From assembly GCA_013265495.1 (NCBI GenBank), contig MU057503.1, positions 682,001-746,000 on the forward strand: a DNA stretch of 64,000 nucleotides, given 5' to 3'. The translations under genes were made by a program, and so were the position numbers. Source of the DNA: Vicugna vicugna. Its lineage: Eukaryota. The stretch's first letter is position 1. Every line of letters begins with the position of its first letter. Positions 35,245 to 48,790 of this stretch are shown piece after piece. Under the pieces are notes generated by a model. It did not search any database. It saw nothing but the letters and a program-made list of their open reading frames with translations, and had not been told where the DNA came from.

Positions 35245-35612
35245 TGTAGGCTGTAATTCCTTGTTGGGAGCCTTTGGGGCCAGTTGGGTTTAGGAGCTCA
35301 GAGTCTTTTGGATTTTAGAGTAGTGATACAGTGCTCACACCAAAGATCATATAATACAGCTGGTCTGAGGCAGCACCCCATAATTAAACACATTAAATGG
35401 TTTTTGCACTGGAAAGTATGAATACTCTATGCACACGAAGTGAGATCAATTAAGACTTTACATATTTTCACATCAGGGCAGGTGAATATTTGCTGTCAAG
35501 TGAGTTTTGGACTGGTCAGGTTTTGCCCCCAATTAAGCTGCAAGAAAACCTTTCAGTTTCCCGTGTGTGTGTTGGATTTTGGAATTGTGGATAAGAGATT
35601 GCTAGCACGTGT
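35245..35612. mobile_element. TcMar-Tigger MITE (MER46-like) inside an old L1ME-like fragment (about 35130-35830)
   Basis: Ends ttggattttggaattgtggataagagattg...gTA; flanks resemble minus-strand L1ME. Confidence 0.6.
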
Positions 35613-36109
35613 AATATACCTTGGAGGTATGATTGCCAAACCAGTACTTGTAGATTTACCTCGATGTTTTTCGTGTCTGCAGAAATATTCCACTACATGA
35701 AAATAGCATGATTTATTTAACCAGTCTTCTATTGATGAATGTTTAGGGTTTTCCAGTTTCTGCTCTTATGTATAATGTTGCGGTGATCATCTTTGTGTGT
35801 GTTTGTTTTCATGTAATTGTACAAATGTGAAGCAACAATTTAAATGTATGAACGGAGCCAATCAGAAGGGAAAATACTGCTCATCTTCTAACTGCAACTG
35901 ATTTCTTCCATTGTCAAATGACATTTAAGTAGAAAATTCTAAATGTGATGGTAGAAAATAAATCTTGGCAAAATGGAAAAAGCTCAGCCTTGGGAGTCAG
36001 GACTCATGTTCCAGTTCAGGCCTTGCCATTTAACATGGGCAACGTTTGTTTTTTTGTGTGTGCACCAGTTTTTCAGTCTATAAAATAGAGATCTGTAATG
36101 TGTGACTCT

Positions 36110-37760
36110 GACCAAGATTGAGTTCCTACGTACAGGCACTGTTCAGTGTGCCTGAGAAGCAGCAGGAATCCAAAATCAGAGAATCCCTGCTATGAGGAGC
36201 TTACATTTTAATCAGAAAAACCTACAATAAACATGAGAACAAAGTAAAGTATTTAGTATGTTAGGTAAGTGGCAAGGAAAACAATAAAGCAGCCAAAGGT
36301 AATAGGATGTGTTTTGGGCAGCGTGGCCAGGGAAAGCTTCACAGAAGATGCCTGCACAGAGCCTACGAGGAGTAAGGGAAGTAGCCGTGCAGATGTTCCG
36401 GGAGGGGCAGTCAGAGCAGAGGAGGTGATAAATACAAAGACGCTAAGGTGGAATCATGTCTGGGCTGTTCAGAAGTTCAGGAAGGCCAGTGTGGTTGAGG
36501 AAGCTTAAGTAGGTGGGATGGAGGGAGAAGCAGGTGATGCAGGGAGGCACCGGAGGGCTAGATGAAAGGGCTTTAATGGTTTAGTGAGGACTTTGGTTTG
36601 CACTGTGTGAGAGGAGACGCCCTTGGAGGGCTGCAAACACGAGAATATTGTGACCTGCGTGGTGCTTTAAAAGGTCCTCTCTGTTAAGACTATACTGGAA
36701 GGGGAAAGGACAAGTGTGGGAGGGAGGCTATTGATGGGGAGACTCTAGGCAGGAGGCTGTTGAACTAATCTAGGCGATGACAGCATGGTGAGACATGGCT
36801 GAATTCTGGATATAATCTGAAGGTAAATCTTACGAGGGTTATTGATGGATTTGATTTGAGATGTAGAAAAGAATTTAATGATGACCCTGTGGTTGTCTGA
36901 GCAGCTGGAAGAATAGGGGCCAGCAAGTGAGATGGGGGGCAGGTGCTGGGAGACCAGGTGCAGGGGAAAGCCAGGAGCTCGGGTTTGGATAAATCGAGTT
37001 TGTCTATTAGATATCCTCGTGAAGATACCACGTAGATGTTTGGATAGAGATGAGTCTGGAGTTTAAGGGAACAGGTTTGGGTTGGAGATAAAAATTTGGC
37101 AGTCATCAATGCATAGATGGACTTAAAGCCTTGGATGGGATTATGCAGGAAGTGCATGCAGGCAGGTAAAATGGGAGGTCTAGGGACTGGACCTGAAGGA
37201 ACTCCAACACTGAAATGTCAAACAGCAAAAGAGATTGAGAAGGAAAGGACCGAGAGGGAGAAGAAAAACCAGAGGAGTGTGGTGTCCTGGAAGCCAAGCG
37301 AAGACAATGTTTCCAGAAGGAGAGCGATCGAATGTGCTGAAGACTGCTGCCAGGTCAATTTAGGAGAGGAATGTGGCATCAGACAGTCCTTGTTATGCTG
37401 ATGAAAGCAATTTCAGTGGAGTGGACGGCATAAAAAGCTGGCTGCATTTGGGTTCAAGAGAGGCAGGAGAGAATGGGAGACAGTGAGTATGGACAACTGT
37501 TTCTGGTGTTTTTTTTGGGTGTGTGTGACCAAAACAGAGAAAAGCAGTGGAACTTGGAGGTAGCAGACGGCGTCAAAATAAGCTTCAATTTTTTTAGATG
37601 GAAAGATTAATGGCGTATTTATGTGCTAATGGGGATGTTTCTGTAGAGAGGGAAAAGATGGATGCTGCAGGAGAGAGAGGGTGGTTGTTATTGAGCAACA
37701 GACTGGGGCCTGGCCTCATCCAAGCTCGTCCAGAGTCATAGGAGAAACGATGGTAGGTGG
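36110..37760 (-). mobile_element. Long L2 LINE fragment
   Basis: Purine-rich L2 antisense hallmarks: ggaaggccagtgtgg, gagtgtggtgtcctggaagccaag, gcaatttcagtggagtgg. Confidence 0.85.
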
Positions 37761-37799
37761 GAGATGTGGTGGGGACTTGGGGGAGTCCTGGGTTTTCCG

Positions 37800-38200
37800 T
37801 TTTTCTTTTGTTTTTTGGTGAGAACATTTAAGTTGTACTCTCTTAGCAAATTTCAGTTATACAGTCCAGTGTCATCAACTATAGTCACCATGTTTTGTAT
37901 TAACTCCTTAGACCTTGTTCACTGCGGAGCTGAAAGTTCGGACTCTTACCAACCTCTCCCTATTTCCCCCAGCCCCAGCCCCAACCCACCACTTTTTACT
38001 CTCTGTTTCTAAGGATTTGCCTTTTTTTTCTTTTTAGATTCTACATATTAGTGATAACATGTAATATTTGTCTTTGTCTTATTTCACATAGCATAATGCC
38101 TTCCAAGTCCATTCATGTTGTCACAGAGGCAGGATTTCCTTTTTCTCATGGCTGAATAATATTCCATTGTGTATGTATGAATATATATATATATATATCT
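37800..38200 (-). mobile_element. L1 (L1MA9-like) 3' fragment
   Basis: ggtgagaacatttaag...tactctcttagcaaatttca...atggctgaataatattccattgtgt. Confidence 0.85.
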
Positions 38201-39239
38201 CCATCCATCTGAAGTTTCTATTTTTATGATTCAGAAGTGGGCAGTTAGGTCGTTAGTGAGAGTGGACAAGCACTCAGGTGGGAAGGTGTGAGGCAGGGCA
38301 CTGCTGTTTCTTGTTATGGTCCCTATGATACCACCTATGAATTAAAACTATGTACACATATTAATTTGATAAAACATAAATATTTTTAAAAAGGAAGAGG
38401 AGAGAGTGTCTGGTTTGCTTCTATGGGGAACTGTTTGAGGTAACCCTTCAGCGAATGGAGGGACAGAGCTACCACAGAGGGAAAGACAGACCAGATGTAG
38501 GGTTGGGTTCTAGAAGACACAAACATCAGAATGAGCCACTGGGGTATGAAAGATTTTCTGAGACTCTTAAAAACATGAATAATCTGAAAAGTACGAAACA
38601 TTACTGCGTTTCAACAGGACTCTTACTGGGAATGATTCCATCTCTTAATAATTCCAAATATATTTCAGTGGTCAAATAATGTTAACCACTGACATTTCAG
38701 CCTCTCGAGTAGTCTCAAATGGTTTTTCAGCTCAATGGCTGGGGGTGTTGGGGAGGGTATACCTGTGAAGGGGTGCTCTTAGCATCCTTTTGTAATTTGA
38801 AGCCTGGGACTGAAACATCTTCCTTTCTCTCTGTTGCTGCCTCTCACTCCCTGTGTTCCCCAACTTTTTTTTTCTCTCTCTCTCTCCCCTTCATTCTGTT
38901 GCAAGACATGGGCTTCCATTCATCACATTCTCAATGACCATCTTCTTTAGACCCTCCCTTCTTCCCTCTTATTTAAATCATACTTAATTTTTAAAATTCA
39001 GATTAATTTCCATTTTCTTGCTGAAACTTCTTTTGGCCAATCCAATCCTGTTACCCCTTTTTTCTTCTTTACTTTCTTCCTGCACCTGGAGAGATAAAAG
39101 ACCCCAGTCTGTTGGGGAGAATGGAAGAGTGTTCGTATGTGCAGAATTGGGGAGAATTTTGTACGGAAAGCTCCCTACTGAGAGACTAAAGTTAAAAATG
39201 AACTTTTGATAGAGCAGCTTAGAAAGAAAAAGAGTTTTC

Positions 39240-39390
39240 AACATGGCAGACTTGGACTAAGAATCAGGAAGTTTGGATTTTAGTCCTGACTCTGCCACTA
39301 GCTGAATGGCTTTGATCGAGTTATGTAACTTCTCTGGTCCTCAATAGACCTGTCTTTAAAATTACTGGGCTGGACTAGATGATCCACCAC
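39240..39390 (+). mobile_element. MIR/MIR3 SINE
   Basis: ggactaagaatcaggaag...tagtcctgactctgccactagctg. Confidence 0.7.
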
Positions 39391-40399
39391 TAGACACAAT
39401 GGCTAAAATGCAAACATTCAGCTGTGCTTTCAAGGTAGGGAGGGTGTCGGTTGGGGGCAGATTTTTGCCTTGGTGAGGAGTGTCAAACACTGAACCAGTC
39501 ACCTTCATTTTGAGCGACCATCCACTAGCCAGGCCTCTTACACAGCCCCAACAATAGGGCACTTACTAGCTCTTGCTGGTCATGATCTTGTTCTGATCTA
39601 CTTACGTTGGCCTCCTCCTCCTTCATATTTACTATGATATGCAACCTCTCAGCTTTACATCAACTTCTCCTTCTCCACCTCTCTCTTTAGACTTAAGGCT
39701 CAGTATTACATCCCTGGCTGTGAGTCTGTCTCCACCTGGCTGTGGGTCTGATTCCTTCCCGAGTGCACATTTCTTCTTGGTCTAGGGAACCTGAGTACCA
39801 TGAGACCTACCCTTTTTCTGAGACCCAGATCCAAGAGAAATTGCTCTAGTTTTATAGGTCCAAGTAATGACTCTGGTGTTGGTGACATCTTGATAACTAG
39901 ATTGTAGTTGCCTGCATGTCAGGATCTGTGCTCTTTTTCTGCTGCTTCCCTCAAGAACCTTATATAATGTTGAGCTCTCATTAGATACTTACTAATTGCT
40001 AATTCATACATCCCTAACTTTCAGATCCTCACCAAGCTTATGTTTTGTTGGAGGATCTTATACAAATAAAAGGGGGAAGAGTAGACATTACTGAAGGAAA
40101 AGAAAGTCAAGAGGTGATTTCTTTCTTCCTTTTATTTTCTTCCTGTTTTTTTGTTTTCTTTTCTTCCTACTTTTAATAAAGTAATAAGAGTTTTATATTT
40201 TGACTACCAGTTTATTTGAATTCAGTGAAAAATATCTTTTCTAGATAATCACTTTTTTCTTTCAGGGTACTGTACTTCTATCATTTTATTAATATTTTAT
40301 TTGTTAATTTCCTATATTAGTTTTACTCATTAATTTCCTATTAAGAAATTTCAATAATTTCAAAATAAGTCCCAGTGTCTGGCTGACAAAAGCAAGGAT

Positions 40400-40930
40400 C
40401 AATTTTGTTGTCGGAGCTGAAACTTCTATAAACTAGCTTAGGATAGAAATGAAAAAGAGGAATTTATTGAATGTCTGAAGGTACCCCTAGTAACTGAAGA
40501 ATAATAATTACAAAGATATGTCGTAAGGCACTGGAACCAGGAACTAGAAAATTCAAATCCAAAGTCATTTAATTTATGTTTCCTAGAATGTTTAATCTCT
40601 TGGCTCTGCTTCTTTTAGCACATTTACTTCATTTTTCCTCAGTCTTACTGTAGATTATCTTACTGTGCTGTGGCCTGCACCTGTTGGTCCCATCCTCTGC
40701 TTATTCTGAAGTCCTAGTTCTAGCATTCATCAGAAAAATGAAGTCCAGTTTCTGTTTTCCGAGGCTTAATTCCAAGAAGAGATTCTGATTGGTTCAGCTT
40801 TGGTCAGCTACACATTCCTTGTCCAATCAGCAGTGGTGAAGAAGAGACTAAGCAACGTTCTGTAAACATGGCTACAAATAGGGGCATGTGCATAGGGGTG
40901 CATTTACCCCAGAAGGTCCCCAAAGTGTTG
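40400..40930 (-). mobile_element. MLT1-type MaLR LTR (degenerate)
   Basis: gagattctgattggttcagcttt...ccttgtccaatcagc...aacatggct. Confidence 0.6.
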
Positions 40931-41429
40931 AGACAGAATATGACACTTGTTATGTTAGTTACATGCTTGTTATATTTAATATGTCAGGCTCACAAGTAAA
41001 GTTTAGACAAAATAAGCCTTTCCAAGTTCCTTGATTTCTTTCTTGGATTGTTATTGTAACCACTAGAGCCAAAGATAAGATGTGGCTGATGTCTAAATAT
41101 AGAAACAAACAAAATAACTGCAGTGCTATTTGAAGATTTAGCCGGAAGGGCAATGACTTCTTAATAAGTATTTTAGATCTTGATTTAAGCTATCTTTCTC
41201 TGAGTGAACGTTTGTTTGATCCTGTCTTACCTTTGGAGAAATCACAGCATGCAAATTTTATGCATTCTTGTGAAGTTCAAACACATTACCTTTTGTTGAC
41301 AGGTACTAATTAGTATGAGGAAGGCAAAAGAAAAATGGATTCAAACAAATGACTTAAGTTTAGAAGTATGCTAATTAATAGGCTTTCTTAATTGGTTTAC
41401 TTTTTTTTCCCCTAAAGCCTGCTGGTTAG

Positions 41430-41523
41430 CTTGTTTGTTTGTAATGGAGGTACTTGGAATTGAACCCAGGACCTCCCACATGGGGAGCAGCTGCTCTACC
41501 ACTGAGCTGTATCCCCTACACCC
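41430..41523 (-). mobile_element. Camelid vic-1-type SINE
   Basis: aatggaggtacttggaattgaacccaggacctc...gctctaccactgagctgtatcccc. Confidence 0.85.
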
Positions 41524-41639
41524 TTACTGACTATTTATAATTGCTTTTTTACAAGACACTGGAGGCATTTGAAGATATAATCACTGACCTGAGGAAGCAG
41601 GACCTGGCTTTGGGGTCTGACTTCACAGGATGTTAAGGC

Positions 41640-42030
41640 ACCACCATCCAAAAGAACTGTAATGTGAGCCCCACAATGAAAGTTTAAATTTTCTAGTAGT
41701 CACATTGAAAAAAGTAAAGAGAAGTTAATAAGATTAATTTTGGTAATTTATTTAAACTGGTCTATCAAAAATATTTTTTATTTCAACATGCAATCAAATA
41801 AAAATTATTGAGATTTCACACTTTTTTCTCTACTGTCTTTGAAATTCAGCGTGTTTTATACTTACAGCATAAATTTCAATTTAGATGCTAATTTTTCAGT
41901 GATTAAAGAGAACTGTAGTCCTCCCAAAGCAATAAATTCATGTTTAATAGAAAAATATTTTACACTGCTTCACTTTTTTCATTTAAGTTTAAAGGAATTA
42001 AAATTAAGTAAAAGAAAAAAATCCAGTTTC
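41640..42030. mobile_element. MER33/Charlie1-like hAT element
   Basis: tttaaattttctagtagtcacatt...atttcaacatgcaatcaa...gtgttttatacttacagca. Confidence 0.75.
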
Positions 42031-44361
42031 TCAGTCTGGGATATAATAAATGCCCAATAAATATTGTCTTACTAACTAATAAATTCCCAGAAAATTCTTT
42101 ATTCTTAATACTTGGTAAGACTAGACTTACTAACAACATGTTAACTGTGGAAAGTACAGCATATAAAACAAAATTGATGGTTTTATCTAATTGCTGTTTC
42201 CTAAACCGTGATACAGTAATTGCGTTTAGATTTTGTTAGCTTTAGAATTTGATGATAATTGTGTCATGAAAATACTTGTTGTCCAGGACAGAAAAGTTAT
42301 TAAACACACACGCCCATTAAGGCTCTTTAAAAAAATTTTTAGATGTTTGTAATCTGTATCTATACACTGTCTTAAAATAGCATTCTCTTATTTCCATATC
42401 AAAATTTTAAGGTGAGCTAATGCTAGAACATTCTGCTTTCTCATTCTAAAACTAGGTCTCTTGGCCTGATTTAATCCATGTTGCATTGTCTGATGATGCT
42501 TTTGTTGACAGAATCAATGAAAATAACTGGGTTAAGTAGTAGAACTCTTTCCTTTTTTTCTCTCAATAAAATTGTGGTATACTTGTCCAACTCCAAATAC
42601 ATGATGGAACATGGTATGAATGTGCCCTAGGTAATTGTACTATGGAAAATAAAAGGTCTAGACAATGAAAGGTAGGAGCTGAGAGTATTTTGAACTCAAA
42701 ATTGATAGGGATATTTTTATAATGTAGGTGGTACCTGGAAACAGATCAGTAGAACAAGAGCGTTAGTGTTTGGGCAGCGTAGTATTCATATCAATGTGTA
42801 CTTGGAGTTGTATGCAGTGTTTTTCCACATTTGTAGGTCCATCCCAGTCCATTGCCATCATCCCAGCCCACCAACCCCTACCTATGAGATGACACTGGTC
42901 TCTTGATCCTCCCCATTTAGGTAATATTCCACTCCCACACGAACATATTGATTACCCATTGCCCTCCAGATGAAATCCACATCTTAGTCTGACATCAAGT
43001 TTTACCATTATTGTGCGCATTAAACAAGGTAATATAAGCTGATTCATTAATTCCCTCATTCAGTATAGGTTTATTGACATCTTACTGGCTCACTCCCTAT
43101 ACTAAATGTTGGGCATGTACATGGGGATCGTGGTCCCTGCCCTGAAAGCAAAGTGTTTACTTTTTTAGAGGGAGAGACAGAGAACCAAACATCATTCAAA
43201 GTGCAATGTGGTAAAGTTGTCGAAGTCAACCTCAGATACTGTGAAAAGTTCAGAGGAAAGGCATCAACTTTTCCAGCTTACCTCCCATGACTTCTTTATT
43301 CAGGCTCTGTGCTAGACTGATCTGTTTGCAGTTCTGTTCAATCTCATGCACATTCCCTCCTCTGACTTTGATGATTTGGGGGTTTTTTTATGCTCAGTCT
43401 CTTTATCTTCCATTTATTCATTTAACCAAAAGGGATTGAAAGTGCACCACATGCCAGGAGATGTGTGCTGTACACGGCTGATGCACGAACGAGGCGCAGC
43501 CTTACCCTCATGAGGCTGACAGTGTCACCTTTCCCAACGCCTCCTGCTCCATCTGCACCCCACTTCCCTGAGCATACAGCCCTTGGTGAGCTCTTTCTTC
43601 TTGAGCTCAGTCAGCTTACTTTCTGTCACCTGTCAAATGTTGTACAGCTATCAGGGAGGGGAGCAATCAGTATTACCCACAGTAATAGAAAACGCAAGTA
43701 TCATGTGCAGATAAAACTTTTCGATTACTTTAGAACTCTGCTCTCATACCTTTAGCTGGATGATGGTTGGCCATGCCCATGAGACTGAGTCTCCACACCT
43801 GTTCATTAGAATGAACTAGAAATTTAAACTCTCTCCCAAGTATGCAATTATAGATATATTTTTAAAGCTAAAATTTTGCCATGAGCTTAATACAATAGAT
43901 TGATTTTTTTTTTACATTTTATTTCTGATGTGCATGGGAATCTAGAGGAAGAGGATGGAGGCCTGGTAGAAGAGGTTACAGAAAACTAGGAGAAGCAGTA
44001 AGGGCTCCATCAGAAAGAGGGTTGGAAACTTACTGCAGTAAGGGCAAAGACCTTTTTTTGCAGCAAATATCCCCTTTTTAGGGCTCCTTTCTTCCTACTC
44101 CCCATGTCAAGTTTTGTGAACAAGCTGCATTTGTTGTTACCTCTTGGTGTAAAAGTCATATATTGAAAATATGCTACGTCTTAACATTTTACGTGATATT
44201 CATGTCTACATTTATTTAAAATTTCTTCATGCTTATGTATATATACATATATGCCTGGACTGTGGAGAGGGAATTGTATGGCTGACCTCCTAAATCTCCC
44301 AATATATTTCTCAGATAGTTGAGTAAAATAAGTTTTAAAAGAAGAAACCAGAGTATGTCTC

Positions 44362-45365
44362 TTTTTAAAAGTTATTTATTTTTATTGAAGTGCAGGTGAC
44401 TTACAGTGTTGTTGTGTTTCAGGTGTACAGCAAAGTAATTTAGTTATACATATATATTTATATATTCTCTTTCAGATTCTTTTCCATTATGGGTTACTAC
44501 AAGATATTGAATATAGTTCCCTGTGTTATACAGTAGGTCCTTGTTTATCTATTTTATATATACTAGTGTGTATCTGTTAATCCCAAACTCCTAATTTATC
44601 CCTCCACCCCCCTTTCCCTTTGGGTAACCATAGTTTGTTTTCTATGTCAGTGAGTCTATTTCCAGTTTATAAATAAGTCCATCTGTATCATTTTTTTTAG
44701 ATTCCACACACGACCGATATTTGTCTGTCTCACTTCACTTAGTATGATCATCTCTAGGTCCATCCATGTTGCTGCAAACGGCATTATTTCATTATTTTTT
44801 ATGGCTGAGTAGTATTCCAATGTATATTCCACAACTACTTTATCCAGTCATCTGTTGATGGACATTTAGGTTGCTTCCATGTCTTGACTATTGTAAATAG
44901 TGCTGCTGTGAACATTGGGGTGCCTGTGTCTTTTCCAACTATAATTTTCGTTGGATATATGCCTAGGAGTTGGATTTGCTGGATCATACAGTAACTCTCT
45001 TTTTAGTTTTTTAAGGAATCATACTGTCCTCCATAGTGGCTGCACCAATTTACATCCCCACCGACAGTGTAGGAGGGTTCCCTTTTCTCTATACTCTTGC
45101 CGGCATTTATTATTCGTAGACTTTTTGATGATGGCCGTTCTGACCGATGTGACGTGATACCTCACTGTGGTTTTGATTTGCGTTTCTCTGATAATTAGCC
45201 ATGCTGAGCATCTTTTCATGTGCCAGTTGGCCATCTGTATGTCTTCTTTGGAGAAATGTCTATTTAGGTCTTCTGCCCGTTTTTTGATTGGGTTGTTTTT
45301 TTTCTTAATATATTAAGCTGTATGAACTGTTTGTATATTTTGGAAATTAATTCTTTGTCAGTTAT
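44362..45365 (-). mobile_element. L1 3' ~1 kb (ORF2 C-terminus and 3' UTR)
   Basis: ORF 45019-45234(-) [27 protein letters not shown]...[17 protein letters not shown] matches the L1 ORF2 C-terminal region. Confidence 0.92.
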
Positions 45366-47769
45366 AAAGAGTGTATGTTTATAAATCTATTTCAGTAAGA
45401 TTCAACATTAAAACCCTCCAAAACAACTAAAACTCTATCCTGGGTTCTCATACGTTTCTCACATTGTAATCAAAGAATCACGAACAAACTCCATTTTTTT
45501 CTTAGATATTTTATTTTAGACGGGGTTTACTGGGTAATTCACTTTGTTTCAACATTTGTTTTATTGAGTGTCTACTGTATGCTAGACAAAAGGTTTATAT
45601 AACTGATAAATGAAACATAGTTTTACTCTTAAGGTGTTTATAATCCTTGGGAGTACCTATTCTTGGTCATAAAAACAAGTATGCTGTGTTGTAACATTTT
45701 ACATGACATTCATATCTACATTTATTTAAAATTTCTTCATGCTTATATGTGTATATATATGCATATACTCACATAGGTATCTACTCATACATTCATAACA
45801 ATAGCACTCTAGTAGAAATATGTTCTAGTGTGGAGAAAGATTTATTTGTGTGTATTTACAAACACTTCTACTTACTACATGAAAAGAAAAATTTCATACT
45901 TGTGAGAGATTACATTACTGAGAAAAGTTCTGAAAGTTTTAAATGATGTTGTTTGTGATTCTACATACTTTGGATCGTGTCATCCTTGCAAATGTGATGA
46001 AAGCTAAAGATCCTGTCCTAGGAAAGTGACTCAATCATGTGAAATTTTAGAAGGTCAGTGATTTTTCTTTGTACCCTGGGTTGGGAACCTCAGACACAGG
46101 CAAGAGCAGAGTTTCCTATAGAAAATTTTGAAATTGCGAGCTATTGTCCTGTCCAACAGCTTGATGCCAGCTTTTTAAAATTAAAATGCTCACAAATCCC
46201 TATTAAAATACAGATGGAATACCTAAACCTGGCAGGTTTAACGTTCTCTGCAGCTAATTCAAATAAGTGTAAATGGCCCAATGAATTACTCATTCTCAGC
46301 TATATTTAAATATCATGCCATAAACTTCTATAAATCAGTACATGTAAGTCTTATTTTTCCTGCAGCACATCAGCTGAGCAGTCATTAATAGACTGTTAAG
46401 TTATTGTTGGAAAGATTTTTCTTTTGAGAGGAGAGGTAACGCCACTTGCTGGGACTTTGCCAAGGTGATTCAGTGCTGGCTGTTTTGCTGACGTCTTTTC
46501 CATAAGTGTCCTTTTGTGAGATCTAAGCCATGGAAATCAAATTGCTAGTCTCCTGTTTTTGATAGCAGTGACTGTTTTCTTGAACTGCATTTAAATACCA
46601 ACAGCTTCGTCTTGTTCTCTGATACTATGCAAAACGTATCTGCCTCTTAACTTGCCTGATTCCAAACTTCACTTGCCATATGCACTTTCTACCCTTTGAT
46701 CTTTCTCTGAATTGCTATTTATCAGTTTCAAAAACCTGTAGCTGAAGCGTGGGCCAGTTCAAAGGTGCCCAGCAGTGCTTGTGGCCCTGGATCCACAAAA
46801 TCAAGTCAGTCACACGTCTGGCATGCTGTCTCTAACCAGACTGCATGCATCACAAGAGCGCAACTTTTCCCTTGATTCCTGAGTAACGACGGAAAAAAGA
46901 TGTGAACTTCATCTTTAAAGTAATAAGTAACTCTCCCCCCTACTCATAGCACACAGAAATTTAGTCATCTAAATCAGATCTTTTCAAAATATCACTGTAG
47001 AACTTTCCTTCCTAACAGTTACCACAGTTTTAAGTTTACGTTATAGTCATGTGATTATTTGATATGTGTCTGTCTTCACTATCATGTTGTAGGAATCTTG
47101 TGTCGGGAAGTGTGTCTAGATGGCTCACCTGTATATTTGCAGCACCTCGTACAGTGGTAGTTAGTATGTGCTAAATGAATTTACCCTTGCCCAGATATTT
47201 TGATATTTCCCCTTTGGAACGATCTTCAGATACAGTTTTCCAGCAACAAGAGAATAGTCTTCTTGATTTTCTTTGAGGAGCATCAGAGCATCTTGTCCTG
47301 CCTGCTGTTTCCTTCTTTCTTGCCTTTGCTCCGCTTAGCTCTTCTCAGTTGTCCTCCTTTCTCATTCCTCTGAGTGCAACTGAAGCAAACCCTGGAAGTT
47401 ACCTGGCACAGCGGTACTGATGCTGGCCTGGACTCCACTGCGGGGACACCGGGGCAGGCTGAGGGATGAAGGAAAAAGTTACATTTCTATAGGACTGTAA
47501 CTGTCTTTTTATATATTTCTGTAATGTTTTAGTTTCTTTTTTCACACTAGGGTTGTGTTTACTTTAGTAATTAAAAAAAACCACATACAATGAGTATTTT
47601 TTATCATGAGGAAAATTATGCTGTTAAGTCATTTTCAAGAAAAAAGTTTCAAAAGCATAATATAAAATTGGATGGATTTATAATAAAATATATACAGAGA
47701 GTTAAAGTTATTGAATTGATAGTAAAATCCCTTAGAATTACTTTATTTTGAGGTCAGTACGTACAATTA

Positions 47770-47980
47770 TATAGTGTACTGGTCCACGGAGGACTCAGGG
47801 CCCGGGTGCTGCTGCTTCCCAGCCTGCTGACTCCAGCACGTTACTGGACACGTGCCTCGGTTTCCTCGTCTGTTAAACAAGGATAGTCCTAGTTTTTGCC
47901 TTACAGAGTGTCAAGAACATAGAAGAGGCCGAGCATATAGGAATGCGCCATCACTATTGTTGCTATGGTTGTGGTTATTT
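47770..47980 (+). mobile_element. MIR SINE
   Basis: gtgcctcggtttcctcgtctgttaaacaaggatag. Confidence 0.65.
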
Positions 47981-48409
47981 TGTATTTAAGTTAACCTAAA
48001 TATTAATAGAGAGAGATTTCAAAAAGTAACTCCCCATTTATTTATCAGAGCTTATTCTTCATATATACAACTTACAGTTGAAAAGTAAATAATGATAATT
48101 TGCCTAGTATGTAGAAAGTTTGTCCTTCTCCTATGATTACATTCGTCCTTCATTAAGTAGTACTTGAATATATTTATTTCATTGTGGTGTCTACAAACAC
48201 TTGGGCAAAGGAATGGAATAGAAATTGGTCATGTACCCAGAGGGAAAATGGTGGTCTAGCATGATGATGATAACAAAGATGATGGCAGTGATGTTGTTAG
48301 AGGCTATATATCGGCTCTACTACTTGTGTGCTAGCTGTGTGACCTTGGGTAGATCACTCAACCTCTCTGAGCCCCCTTTCTCCTCTCTGAGATCAAGATT
48401 CTTATTCTG

Positions 48410-48790
48410 TTAATTGGTGTCTTTTTGATGATTGTCATTCAAACAGGTGAGAGGTGATATCTCATTGTGGTTTTGATTTGCATTTCCCTGATGATGAGTG
48501 ATATAGAGCTTCTTTTCAAGTGCCTGTTGGCCATCGGGGTGTCTTCTTTGGAAAAACGTCTATTCAGTTCCTCTGCTCATTTTAAAATGACATTGTGTTG
48601 TTTTTTTTTAATGCTGTGTTGAATGAGTTCTTTATATACTTTGGTTGTTAACTCCTTATTGGCTATCTCGTTTGCAGATATCTTCTCCTATTTAGTACGT
48701 GGCCTTTTCATTTTGTTGATAGTACCTTTCGCCATGCAGAAGCTTTTTAGTTTGATGTAACCCCATTTATTTATTTTTGCTTTTGTAAAC
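48410..48790 (-). mobile_element. Internal L1 ORF2 fragment following a MIR (48300-48400)
   Basis: gatatctcattgtggttttgatttgcatttccctgatg...gcagaagctttttagtttgatgta. Confidence 0.85.
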
